A stretch of DNA of 64,000 bases from the NCBI GenBank assembly GCA_963675665.1, contig OY776510.1, forward strand, positions 2,400,001 through 2,464,000. The letters are read 5' to 3'. The notes under the pieces were generated by a model. It was not told the origin of the DNA. It was given only the letters and a program-made list of their open reading frames with translations, and did no database searches. Of the stretch, positions 37,884-46,056 are shown in pieces. Both the position numbers and the translations under genes were made by a program. The stretch's first letter is position 1. Each line of letters begins with the position of its first letter. Source of the DNA: Spirochaetia bacterium. GTDB lineage: Bacteria > Spirochaetota > Spirochaetia > UBA9216.

Positions 37884-39422
37884 TTGTCCAACAGCGAACG
37901 GGAAGAAGCTGTAGTAGAGATGCGGAATATTACAAAGATGTTCGGCAGTTTTACTGCAAACAATAATATTGATTTCACCCTGAGGAAGGGAGAAGTCCAT
38001 GCTCTTTTAGGGGAAAACGGCGCCGGAAAAACCACATTGATGAATATTCTATATGGGCTGTTGCATCCCGATTCAGGAGAAATATTTATATGTAACAGCA
38101 GGGTTAGAATGAAAAACCCCGCTGTGGCAATAGCTCACGGAATAGGGATGGTTCATCAGCACTTCATGCTGGTCCAGCCTTTCACAGTGACGGAGAATAT
38201 CATTCTCGGGTGTGAGACAACTAAAACGGGCTGGATCCTGGATATTGCCGCCGGAAGGAAAAAGGTCAGGGACCTTTCGGAAAAATACGGGCTTCAGGTA
38301 GATCCTGATGCGAGAATTTGTGATATTACCGTCGGAATGCAGCAGAGGGTAGAGATTCTCAAGGCACTATACCGGGGAGCTGAAATACTAATTCTGGATG
38401 AACCGACGGCTGTTCTTACGCCACAGGAGATCATAGAGCTTCAGAAGATTATGAGAAATCTTACTGCAAACGGCAAGTCGATTATCATAATTACTCATAA
38501 GCTTAAAGAAATTAAACAATCGGCTGATCGCTGTACAATCATCCGGAGAGGTCACTATATAGATACCCTGGATGTATCCGGAGTAACGGAACGTGAACTT
38601 GCATCAAGAATGGTAGGAAGGGAAATAAATTTTTCTATCGATAAAAAGGAATGCAGCAGGGGCAACAGGGTGCTTGAACTCCGGGACCTGGTTCTGTTCA
38701 ATAAACGGAATATCAGGATGCTTAACAATCTGACGCTCGATGTTCATGCAGGAGAAATAGTAGGACTTGCGGGAGTCGACGGAAACGGTCAAAGCGAACT
38801 GATCGAATCTATAATGGGGGTACTGCCGGTATCATCGGGCAGTATTTTCATAAACGGAACCGACATGGCGAATAAAGCCCCCCGAAAGGTGATTGAAAGC
38901 GGAATAGCGAGCATACCGGAAGACCGTCAGAAACGCGGGCTGGTTCTTGAACACTCTGTTTCGGAAAACATGATAATCGAGAATTATTACAGAAAGCCTT
39001 TCTCCAGTAAAGGGCTGCTGGATAAAATTTCCGTGAATAAACATGCACGGGAGCTTATTGAAAGGTTCGACATCAGGCCGGATGATCCGCAGATAAAAGC
39101 AGGCGCTTTATCCGGGGGTAACCAGCAGAAGGTAATAATTGCGCGTGAAGTCTCTAACAATCCTGATTTGTTGATAGCTGCACAGCCTACAAGGGGGCTG
39201 GACGTCGGTGCGATTGAATTTGTTCACAGAACCATTATTGAACAGAGGGACAGGGGGAAAGCTGTTCTTCTTGTATCCTTTGAACTTGATGAGATCCTTC
39301 AGCTATCCGACCGGATAGCTGTAATATACGAAGGCAAGATTACGGGCGTGCTGAATGCACAGAATACTGATGAGAATGAAATAGGCCTGATGATGGCGGG
39401 AGGTGCGCACAATGAAAGCTAA
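37884..39422 (+). CDS. Nucleoside-type ABC transporter ATP-binding protein (NupA/YufO-like)
   Basis: [51 protein letters not shown] 37884 follows a GGAGGG SD. Confidence 0.92.
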   Translation: MSNSEREEAVVEMRNITKMFGSFTANNNIDFTLRKGEVHALLGENGAGKTTLMNILYGLLHPDSGEIFICNSRVRMKNPAVAIAHGIGMVHQHFMLVQPFTVTENIILGCETTKTGWILDIAAGRKKVRDLSEKYGLQVDPDARICDITVGMQQRVEILKALYRGAEILILDEPTAVLTPQEIIELQKIMRNLTANGKSIIIITHKLKEIKQSADRCTIIRRGHYIDTLDVSGVTERELASRMVGREINFSIDKKECSRGNRVLELRDLVLFNKRNIRMLNNLTLDVHAGEIVGLAGVDGNGQSELIESIMGVLPVSSGSIFINGTDMANKAPRKVIESGIASIPEDRQKRGLVLEHSVSENMIIENYYRKPFSSKGLLDKISVNKHARELIERFDIRPDDPQIKAGALSGGNQQKVIIAREVSNNPDLLIAAQPTRGLDVGAIEFVHRTIIEQRDRGKAVLLVSFELDEILQLSDRIAVIYEGKITGVLNAQNTDENEIGLMMAGGAHNES

Positions 39423-40515
39423 TCATTTTATCAGCAGAAAACTTGTTTTTACCCTGATTTCAATTTTTACAGGCTTTTTTGTGGGTGCGGTTGTTCTGCT
39501 TATAATCGGTATAAATCCGTTTACTGCATATTCGATAATGATTAAAGGCTGTTTCGGTAAAACAAAATACCTTGCTTACGTAATAATCAATTCAACCCCG
39601 ATAATCATGACGGGACTTTCGGTTGCATTCGCTTTCAGAACCGGTCTTTTTAATATCGGTGTCGAAGGACAACTGGTTACCGGGGCTATGGCAGCGGCGG
39701 CTGTAGGGGTTTTTATTTCATCCCCGCCTCCTGTTCATGTTCTGCTGGCTATTTCAGCCGCAATTGCCGCGGGTGCCGCCTGGGGAGGCATTGCCGGTGC
39801 TCTGAAGGCAAAATTCGGTATAAATGAAGTTATTTCCTCCATTATGCTTAACTGGATTGCGTTATATCTTAATAATTATTTCGTGTTTTTCGAATCGTTC
39901 AAACGCGTAGACAAGGAAGCATCCAGAAAAATCCTGCAGTCCGCCAGCATCAGGATTCTGGAAGGATGGAAGACTTCAGGTTTCGCCCGCGAATGGCTCG
40001 GAACACACCCTGCTTTGGAGGGCATATTAAGTACGCCCTTTAACTGGGGAATATTTATAGCATTGGCTGCTGCAATCCTGGTCGCCTTCATTCTGAATAA
40101 AACTACCCTGGGTTATGCACTCCGGAGCGTCGGGTTCAATCATCTTGCGGCTGAATACTGCGGAATCAATGTCCACCGGAGCGTACTTATTTCAATGATG
40201 ATATCGGGCGGCATCGCGGGTGCAGCCGGAGCTGTTCATGTTCTCGGGCATACAGGAGAAGTCCTTGTACTGTCGACATCCTACGGTTACGGTTTCGACG
40301 GGATCGCGGTAGCGCTGATAGGCGCCAATACGGCTGCGGGTTCGGTTTTTGCAGGTTTTCTTTTAGGTGCCTTGAAATACGGCGGACAGAAAATTCAGCC
40401 TTTAACAGGGGCGCCTTCCGAAGTGATTCAGATTATTATCGGAACTATTATTTTCTTTACGGCAATTCCGCTGGCCGGAAAATTAAAACTGAAAGGCAGG
40501 AACAGTAATGAATGA
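39412..40515 (+). CDS. Nucleoside-type ABC transporter permease
   Basis: GLFNIGVEGQ, NEVISSIMLNWIA, GFDGIAVAL. Confidence 0.92.
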   Translation: MKANHFISRKLVFTLISIFTGFFVGAVVLLIIGINPFTAYSIMIKGCFGKTKYLAYVIINSTPIIMTGLSVAFAFRTGLFNIGVEGQLVTGAMAAAAVGVFISSPPPVHVLLAISAAIAAGAAWGGIAGALKAKFGINEVISSIMLNWIALYLNNYFVFFESFKRVDKEASRKILQSASIRILEGWKTSGFAREWLGTHPALEGILSTPFNWGIFIALAAAILVAFILNKTTLGYALRSVGFNHLAAEYCGINVHRSVLISMMISGGIAGAAGAVHVLGHTGEVLVLSTSYGYGFDGIAVALIGANTAAGSVFAGFLLGALKYGGQKIQPLTGAPSEVIQIIIGTIIFFTAIPLAGKLKLKGRNSNE

Positions 40516-41431
40516 TATCTGGTTAATTGCAGGTATAACACTGATGTATTCTTCTCCGCTGATATTTGCTTCTCTCGGCGGTGTCATTTCGGAGAATTCA
40601 GGAGTGATCAATATAGGTCTGGAAGGGATCATGACGCTTGGTGCATTTGTCGGTGCCGCAGCCTGTTTTTTTTCTCATAATCCCTGGCTCGGGTTTCTTG
40701 CGGCAGGAGCGGCAGGTGCGGCGCTGGCCCTGCTGCATGCTGTTGCATGCATAAGTTTTGAGGCAGACCAGGTTATTTCCGGTATTGCGCTTAATTTTCT
40801 GGGCGGCGGGTTGTCGTTATTCCTGTGCCGTATTTTCTTTAACGGTTCCACCCAGACAAAAACAATAGCGCTCGGTGAAAAAATCAGCAGACCTTTCGAC
40901 GGCTTATTTCCGGAATCAAGATTTTTTGAACTGGTTATCAACCAGTATGCCACTGTCTATATTGCGCTTCTGCTTGTCGTATTGTTATGGTTTCTGCTCT
41001 ACAGAACAAAGCCGGGTTTAAGGATAAGGGCGGTCGGCGAACATCCTAAAGCCGCTGACACCCTCGGCATCAATATTTACAGTATACGATATTTCTGTGT
41101 AATTTTTTCCGGTATTCTGGCAGGGTTCGGCGGAGCATCAATGAGTATTGCAATGGTATCCAGTTTCAGACCGACATTGATTTCCGGCCAGGGGTTTATT
41201 GCGCTTGCTGCTATGATTTTCGGTAAATGGAAACCGCAGGGGGCTTTTCTTGCCTGCCTGCTGTTCGGCTCAACACAGGGACTGGTGGTATACCTCGGAG
41301 GCAGAGGCTTCGATATTTCTGCGCATTTGCTGGCAATACTGCCGTATTTAATAACATTGGTTGTACTGATGGGGTTCGTCGGCAGGGCAGTCGCTCCCGC
41401 TGCTGACGGAATCCCCTACAGAAAAGGGTAG
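40508..41431 (+). CDS. Nucleoside-type ABC transporter permease
   Basis: SENSGVINIGLEG, GLRIRAVGEHPKAADTLGI, GFIALAAMIFGKW, APAADGIPY. Confidence 0.92.
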   Translation: MNDIWLIAGITLMYSSPLIFASLGGVISENSGVINIGLEGIMTLGAFVGAAACFFSHNPWLGFLAAGAAGAALALLHAVACISFEADQVISGIALNFLGGGLSLFLCRIFFNGSTQTKTIALGEKISRPFDGLFPESRFFELVINQYATVYIALLLVVLLWFLLYRTKPGLRIRAVGEHPKAADTLGINIYSIRYFCVIFSGILAGFGGASMSIAMVSSFRPTLISGQGFIALAAMIFGKWKPQGAFLACLLFGSTQGLVVYLGGRGFDISAHLLAILPYLITLVVLMGFVGRAVAPAADGIPYRKG

Positions 41432-41478
41432 ATGTAACGGGGCATCAAGTAATAATTCAGTAATGGAGAAATAATATT

Positions 41479-42144
41479 ATGGAAGAATTTGAAAGGGAAA
41501 TGGCAGCAAGAATAGACCATACGATTCTGAATCCCGATGCAACAGATCTGGATATAAAACGAGTGTGTGAAGAAGCGGTGAAATACGGTTTTTATTCGGT
41601 TTGTGTGAATCCGGTTAATGTTGCAGTGGTCAAAAACCTGCTTGTGGGTTCGGATGTGAAAACATGCACGGTGGTCGGGTTTCCGCTCGGAGCATCCGGG
41701 ACAAGTGTAAAGGTCTTCGAAACCGAAGAGGCAATAGCCGCGGGTGCTGATGAAATAGATATGGTAATAGATATAGGGGCATTTAAAAGCGGGAACAGCG
41801 AAAAGGTTTACACGGATATTGCCGGGGTTGTTAAGGCGGCGGGTAAAAACGCCCTGGTAAAAGTGATAGTCGAAACCTGCCTACTTACAGAAGCGGAGAA
41901 AATCGGCGTTTGCAGGGTAGTCAAAGATGCAGGTGCCGGTTATATTAAAACCTCCACCGGTTTCAGCAGAAAAGGCGCCGAGCTTGAAGATATAAGACTT
42001 ATGCGTGAAATCCTCGGCGGTTCCGTGCTGATAAAAGCCTCCGGCGGTATAGGCGATTACAGTACTGCCTGTGCCATGCTTGCCGCAGGTTCGGACAGGA
42101 TAGGCACGAGCAAGTCCGTAGCTATAGTCAGTAAAGGAAAATAA
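41479..42144 (+). CDS. deoC: Deoxyribose-phosphate aldolase
   Basis: IDHTIL, VGFPLGA, GADEIDMV, KVIVET, IKTSTGF, IKASGGI, RIGTS. Confidence 0.93.
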   Translation: MEEFEREMAARIDHTILNPDATDLDIKRVCEEAVKYGFYSVCVNPVNVAVVKNLLVGSDVKTCTVVGFPLGASGTSVKVFETEEAIAAGADEIDMVIDIGAFKSGNSEKVYTDIAGVVKAAGKNALVKVIVETCLLTEAEKIGVCRVVKDAGAGYIKTSTGFSRKGAELEDIRLMREILGGSVLIKASGGIGDYSTACAMLAAGSDRIGTSKSVAIVSKGK

Positions 42145-42154
42145 AATTCAGAGT

Positions 42155-43057
42155 TTGAGAAGCAGGCTTATTATCGGGCTGATAAGAAACAGGAACATCT
42201 TAAAAAAAGGTACTGAAACCTATGATGAATCGTTTTCGGTTCAGGAATTCAGGGACCGTACCGAGAAGGTCTCAAGGAAGCTGAGGCTGCCGAAAAATAT
42301 CAGTACCGAGAAAATTAAGATTGGTAATATTGAAGCTGAATGGATAATTCCCGATTTGGTAAAATCAGACGGCGTACTGTTTTATATTCACGGGGGCGGG
42401 TTTATTTCCGGTTCGTGCAATACTCACAGAACTCATGTTGCCAAATTTGCCGCCGGCACCGGCCTGAGGTCTCTTGTTTTCAATTACCGGCTTGCCCCCG
42501 AACATCCCTTTCCGGCAGGACTTAACGACTGCATAGATGTGTACAAGTGGCTGATGACGCGGGCAGATGAGGAAGGTTCCGGCGGTATTATAATCGGCGG
42601 GGAGTCAGCCGGCGGAACACTGGCATTATCACTGCTTCTTGCCCTGAAAGAGGAGGGGGTAAAGCTGCCAAAAGGGGTTTTCTCCATTTCACCGGCAACT
42701 GATCTGAGCTGCCGGGCAGCCTCTTTCAGCTATAATGCCGGAAAAGATATTGCGCCTGAAGGCTCATGGGGACTGTGGACAGGTTACTATACCGGCAGCG
42801 AATCAACTGATAACCCGCTACTTTCCCCTCAGTTCGGCAATTATTCAGGATGCCCGCCGCTTTATTTCTGTATTGGAACGCATGAAATACATTATGACGA
42901 CTGTCTAAATGCCGCTGAAAAAGCCCGCAAAGACGGTGTCGACGTGACTTTGCGGAAATGGCCGGGGATGGTGCACGCCTTCCCCCTGCTGTCGCCTTTG
43001 TTCCCCGAGGCCCGAAAAGCGCTGAATGATATATGTCGGTTCTGTTCTAATCTCTGA
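42155..43057 (+). CDS. Alpha/beta hydrolase (HSL-family esterase)
   Basis: HGGGF, YRLAPEHPFPAG, GESAGG nucleophile motif, GMVHAF. Confidence 0.9.
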   Translation: MRSRLIIGLIRNRNILKKGTETYDESFSVQEFRDRTEKVSRKLRLPKNISTEKIKIGNIEAEWIIPDLVKSDGVLFYIHGGGFISGSCNTHRTHVAKFAAGTGLRSLVFNYRLAPEHPFPAGLNDCIDVYKWLMTRADEEGSGGIIIGGESAGGTLALSLLLALKEEGVKLPKGVFSISPATDLSCRAASFSYNAGKDIAPEGSWGLWTGYYTGSESTDNPLLSPQFGNYSGCPPLYFCIGTHEIHYDDCLNAAEKARKDGVDVTLRKWPGMVHAFPLLSPLFPEARKALNDICRFCSNL

Positions 43058-43082
43058 CCTACGGCCTGGAAGGCCGTTGCTC
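43052..43082 (-). repeat. Degenerate direct copy of an internal part of tRNA-Arg(TCT) (att-like scar)
   Basis: CTCTGACCTACGGCCTGGAAGGCCGTTGCTC matches 44351-44381 at 29/31 positions. Confidence 0.75.
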
Positions 43083-43088
43083 AATACT

Positions 43089-44160
43089 TTAATTCTTTAC
43101 CTGTATCCTGCTAATCTCATTTATAAAGTCAGACAGCGGGCATGCTTCTATTAATTCATGAATAGGATATCTGTCTGAACCGGGATATATGACGTAGAGT
43201 TTTGAAAGATCCAGTTCTTTTATTGAACTGTGCATGGATTTTGTTGTTTTTGGTGTTTCGGTAAATTTAATTTCTATCCCAATTCTTTTATTACCCAGAA
43301 TTGTAAAAAGGTCCAGCTCTGCTCCGCTGTATGTCGACCAGAAGTAAGATTGCAGGATTGGGTTAATTCGCATTATTTGCTCTATGACAAAACTTTCCCA
43401 TGATGCTCCTGATTGAGGGTGTCCCATCAGAGTGTCCATTGTTGTTATACCAAGCAAATGATGCAGCAGGCCTGTGTCTCTTATGTATATTTTAGGTGAT
43501 TTCACCTGTCTTTTTTTTAAATTTGCATGCCACGGCGGCAGGGGTCTTATCATGTAGGTAGAGCTGAGAATGTCGATATAGGAACGGATAGTTTTATCAC
43601 TCATTCCCATTGAGCCTGCAAGCTGTGAGCTGTTCAGCAGCTGTCCATGGCTGTGGGCAAGCATTGTCCAGAAGCGTCTCAGTGTTTCCGGCGGTATGTT
43701 TATGCCGAATTGGGGGATGTCTCTTTGCAGAAAGGTCCTTACAAAACCCTCTCTCCATGCTATGCTGTCATCATCGTTTTCTGCGAGATAGGAGAGGGGG
43801 AATCCACCTCTTAGCCAGAGCCGGTTTATTTTATCGGTTCCGGTCTCTGAAATGTCGAACCCGTGAAGATCTACAAACTCAACCCGTCCGGCCAGAGATT
43901 CGGAAGCTTTTTTTATAATATCAGGCGATGCACTTCCGAGAATTAGAAAACGACCGTTATTCTGAACCTTGTCAGACAGTACCCTGAGCACGGGAAACAA
44001 TTCAGGCATTTGCTGGATCTCATCAATTATTATCAAGCCGGAAATATTTGACAGATAGAGTTCGGGATTCTGCAGTTTTGCCCGATCTGAAGGAGATTCA
44101 AGGTTAAAGGGGGGTATCTTTTTTCCGTTTACATATCTCGACTTCGTCTCGATGCTGCTT
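43089..44160 (-). pseudogene. 5'-truncated AAA_14/DUF4143-family ATP-binding protein
   Basis: IIIDEIQ Walker B, FLILGSAS..SESLAGR, RGGFP, KSPKIYIRDTGL, AELD..GIEIK. The frame extends upstream through FNLESPSDRAKLQNPEL to a TAA near 44160 with no Walker A (GxRQxGKT). Confidence 0.75.
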
Positions 44161-44228
44161 TATAGCATAATTTTGGATAAAGCGCAGTCCGGGAGGATTT
44201 GCTCTCTGTCGCCTGCGGCGATTCCTTT

Positions 44229-44253
44229 TGGAGTTTGACAAAGGCAAACTCCA
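44229..44253. repeat. TGGAGTTTG..CAAACTCCA hairpin (member of the intergenic element family)
   Basis: TGGAGTTTGACAAAGGCAAACTCCA, similar to 22325-22356. Confidence 0.6.
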
Positions 44254-44293
44254 TCAAACCTTTTAACGGTTCGAATCCTTCTGATTTGCACAT

Positions 44294-44330
44294 AAAAAAA
44301 CCGAAGCCACCTGGCGGTGACCTCGGTTTT
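44294..44330 (-). terminator. Intrinsic terminator of the tRNA pair
   Basis: Minus strand reads AAAACCGAGGTCACC-GCCA-GGTGGCTTCGGTTTTTTT. Confidence 0.7.
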
Positions 44331-44403
44331 ACGTCCAAGAGGATTCGAACCTCTGACCTACGGCTTAGAAGGCCGTTGCTCTATCCAGCTGAGCTATGGA
44401 CGC
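44330..44403 (-). tRNA. tRNA-Arg(TCT), CCA not encoded
   Basis: GCGTCCA TAGCTCAGCTGGATAGAGC A ACGGC-CTTCTAA-GCCGT AGGTC AGAGG-TTCGAAT-CCTCT TGGACGT A. Confidence 0.97.
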
Positions 44404-44454
44404 ATATTAAAAATAATTTTTCAGGCCGCGGCTTTTCAGCGGTTGCCCGGGAAT

Positions 44455-44527
44455 TCGGAATGAGAGGACTCGAACCTCCGATTTCCTGCTCCCAAAGCAG
44501 GCGCCTTAGCCACTAGGCAACATTCCG
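44455..44527 (-). tRNA. tRNA-Pro(TGG), CCA not encoded
   Basis: CGGAATG TTGCCTAGTGGCTAAGGC G CCTGC-TTTGGGA-GCAGG AAATC GGAGG-TTCGAGT-CCTCT CATTCCG A. Confidence 0.96.
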
Positions 44528-44545
44528 TCTCTCTAACGTCCGCAA

Positions 44546-44574
44546 AGTATAAGAATTATATTTCGGTGAGTCAA
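44546..44574 (-). promoter_or_regulatory. Sigma70 promoter of tRNA-Pro/tRNA-Arg
   Basis: Minus strand TTGACT-17-TATACT. Confidence 0.75.
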
Positions 44575-44576
44575 GG

Positions 44577-44666
44577 GAGAAAGAGCATAAAAACTGTCGT
44601 TTTTATGCTCTTTCTCTGAAGTATTTTCAAGAGAAAATACTTCAGGAGAATTTACCGCCTGGAGTT
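44577..44666. repeat. Multi-hairpin intergenic element, copy D
   Basis: Perfect 18-bp stem 44577-44616, abutting perfect TGAAGTATTTTC-AAGA-GAAAATACTTCA (44617-44644), then CTGGAGTT at 44659-44666. Same layout as copy A. Confidence 0.8.
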
Positions 44667-44698
44667 CTTATTCCTTATATCAAAACATTTTAAGCCGC

Positions 44699-45481
44699 TC
44701 AGTAATCAAGTTTTACAAACGGAATTATGCTCTTTGCCATCAGTTCTGCAATGTCTGACTTGCGCTCCATTGATGTTTCATCGTCGCACCGGATCAGGTT
44801 TTCAAACCTGCTCAGAAAATGTTCGGGCAGGGTGTGAAGCTTTTTCAGCCTGGGGATTATATTCCGCCGGGGCGGCTCGAACTCATGGTTGAAGATAAAT
44901 AAAAGGCTGCAGCATGTTTTCAGGAACCCGCTTAGAGACACCATGAAAAAGTAATTGTCCTTCTCCATGGCCGCAGACTGAAGATCGATCAGGTAGTGTT
45001 CCATTGATGCAAATGATGCTATTGCAAGCATGTTCCAGAATTCATCGGGAAGTTTGTCGAGTTTCTGCTTTATATGATCAAGCCAGAGGTTTTTCTGGAT
45101 CAGCACTTTACCGGTAAGGATTCTGTAAAACATATAGGTGCCTGAAGCCCTGAATGCGTTGTAATTCTCGGATTTAAGTTCCAGAATGGTGTTTATTCTG
45201 TCGAGGTTTTTAAATTCGATTCTTACCGGAATATCATCAATAAAAAAACGATCTTTTGTTCCGTAGCTTGAAGTTTCGAAGGCTCCGGCGTCTGAGAAAA
45301 GCGCCTGACGAATATTCTTGTCGGGAATTTCCCCTTTATAGTAGACATCCAGACTGATAAAAAAATAGGGGCTAATCAATTCTTCTTCTGCAGATTCAAG
45401 AATAGTTATAGCATCAACCTGTTCCCATTTTGAAAGGCGTTCGGCCAAATCTGTAGATATCTTTTGTACTTTGCGTTTCAT
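44699..45481 (-). CDS. Conserved hypothetical protein, DUF4037-like (nucleotidyltransferase-like N-terminus)
   Basis: SPYFFISLDVYY..IP, SLLFIFNHEFEP, P..F..R pattern recalled from spirochaete DUF4037 proteins. Confidence 0.6.
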   Translation of the reverse strand: MKRKVQKISTDLAERLSKWEQVDAITILESAEEELISPYFFISLDVYYKGEIPDKNIRQALFSDAGAFETSSYGTKDRFFIDDIPVRIEFKNLDRINTILELKSENYNAFRASGTYMFYRILTGKVLIQKNLWLDHIKQKLDKLPDEFWNMLAIASFASMEHYLIDLQSAAMEKDNYFFMVSLSGFLKTCCSLLFIFNHEFEPPRRNIIPRLKKLHTLPEHFLSRFENLIRCDDETSMERKSDIAELMAKSIIPFVKLDY

Positions 45482-45534
45482 GTTGTCTATTTTATCATAT
45501 TTATATTATGATTCAAAGTAATAAAGGAGGCGCT

Positions 45535-46056
45535 TTGTATTTAGCCGTGATATTGCCGCCGAATAATTCGGAAACAGGTTTACTAAAACTCAAACGACGT
45601 ATTTTCCAGGAAACCGGGGCTGTTTCAGCCTGGGCTCTGAAACCTATGATCCCTTTCGCGTTCATGGAGCAGAAACCAGCGATTATCAGCAGAAGAGATC
45701 TGCCGCAATTGCCGCCGGAAGGCCTGGCGATAGACCGGATTATCGAAAAAAGCGGCCAGGTTTGCCTCGGTTCAGAGGTCTGCGCCGGGTTTTGCAAAGA
45801 GCTCATTTCATTATTTAAAGAATATGGTTTGTCCGAAGGTTTTGACGGGCTTCACCTCTTTGATTCGTCCGACTGCGGCTACCTGTTATTGTCAAAGGAT
45901 GTTGCAGAAATGGAGGAGACTGTTCTGCACTGGCACAGTTGTACGCTTTCCGTTTACAGAACGGAGACTAAACTCTTTCGGAATGCTGAGTGGTGGGAAA
46001 GAGTAGTGCTGGAAGATATTTTTGAAATTAAATTTCCAGGAGTTCCGAAGACATAA
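45535..46056 (+). CDS. Hypothetical protein
   Basis: ORF with TTG 45535 after an AAGGAGG SD (track start 45508). No recognisable motif. Confidence 0.55.
   Translation: MYLAVILPPNNSETGLLKLKRRIFQETGAVSAWALKPMIPFAFMEQKPAIISRRDLPQLPPEGLAIDRIIEKSGQVCLGSEVCAGFCKELISLFKEYGLSEGFDGLHLFDSSDCGYLLLSKDVAEMEETVLHWHSCTLSVYRTETKLFRNAEWWERVVLEDIFEIKFPGVPKT

Noticed and set aside
44129-44516. ORFs 44199..44516 and 44129..44338
   Set aside because: They overlap tRNA genes and hairpin elements; spurious.
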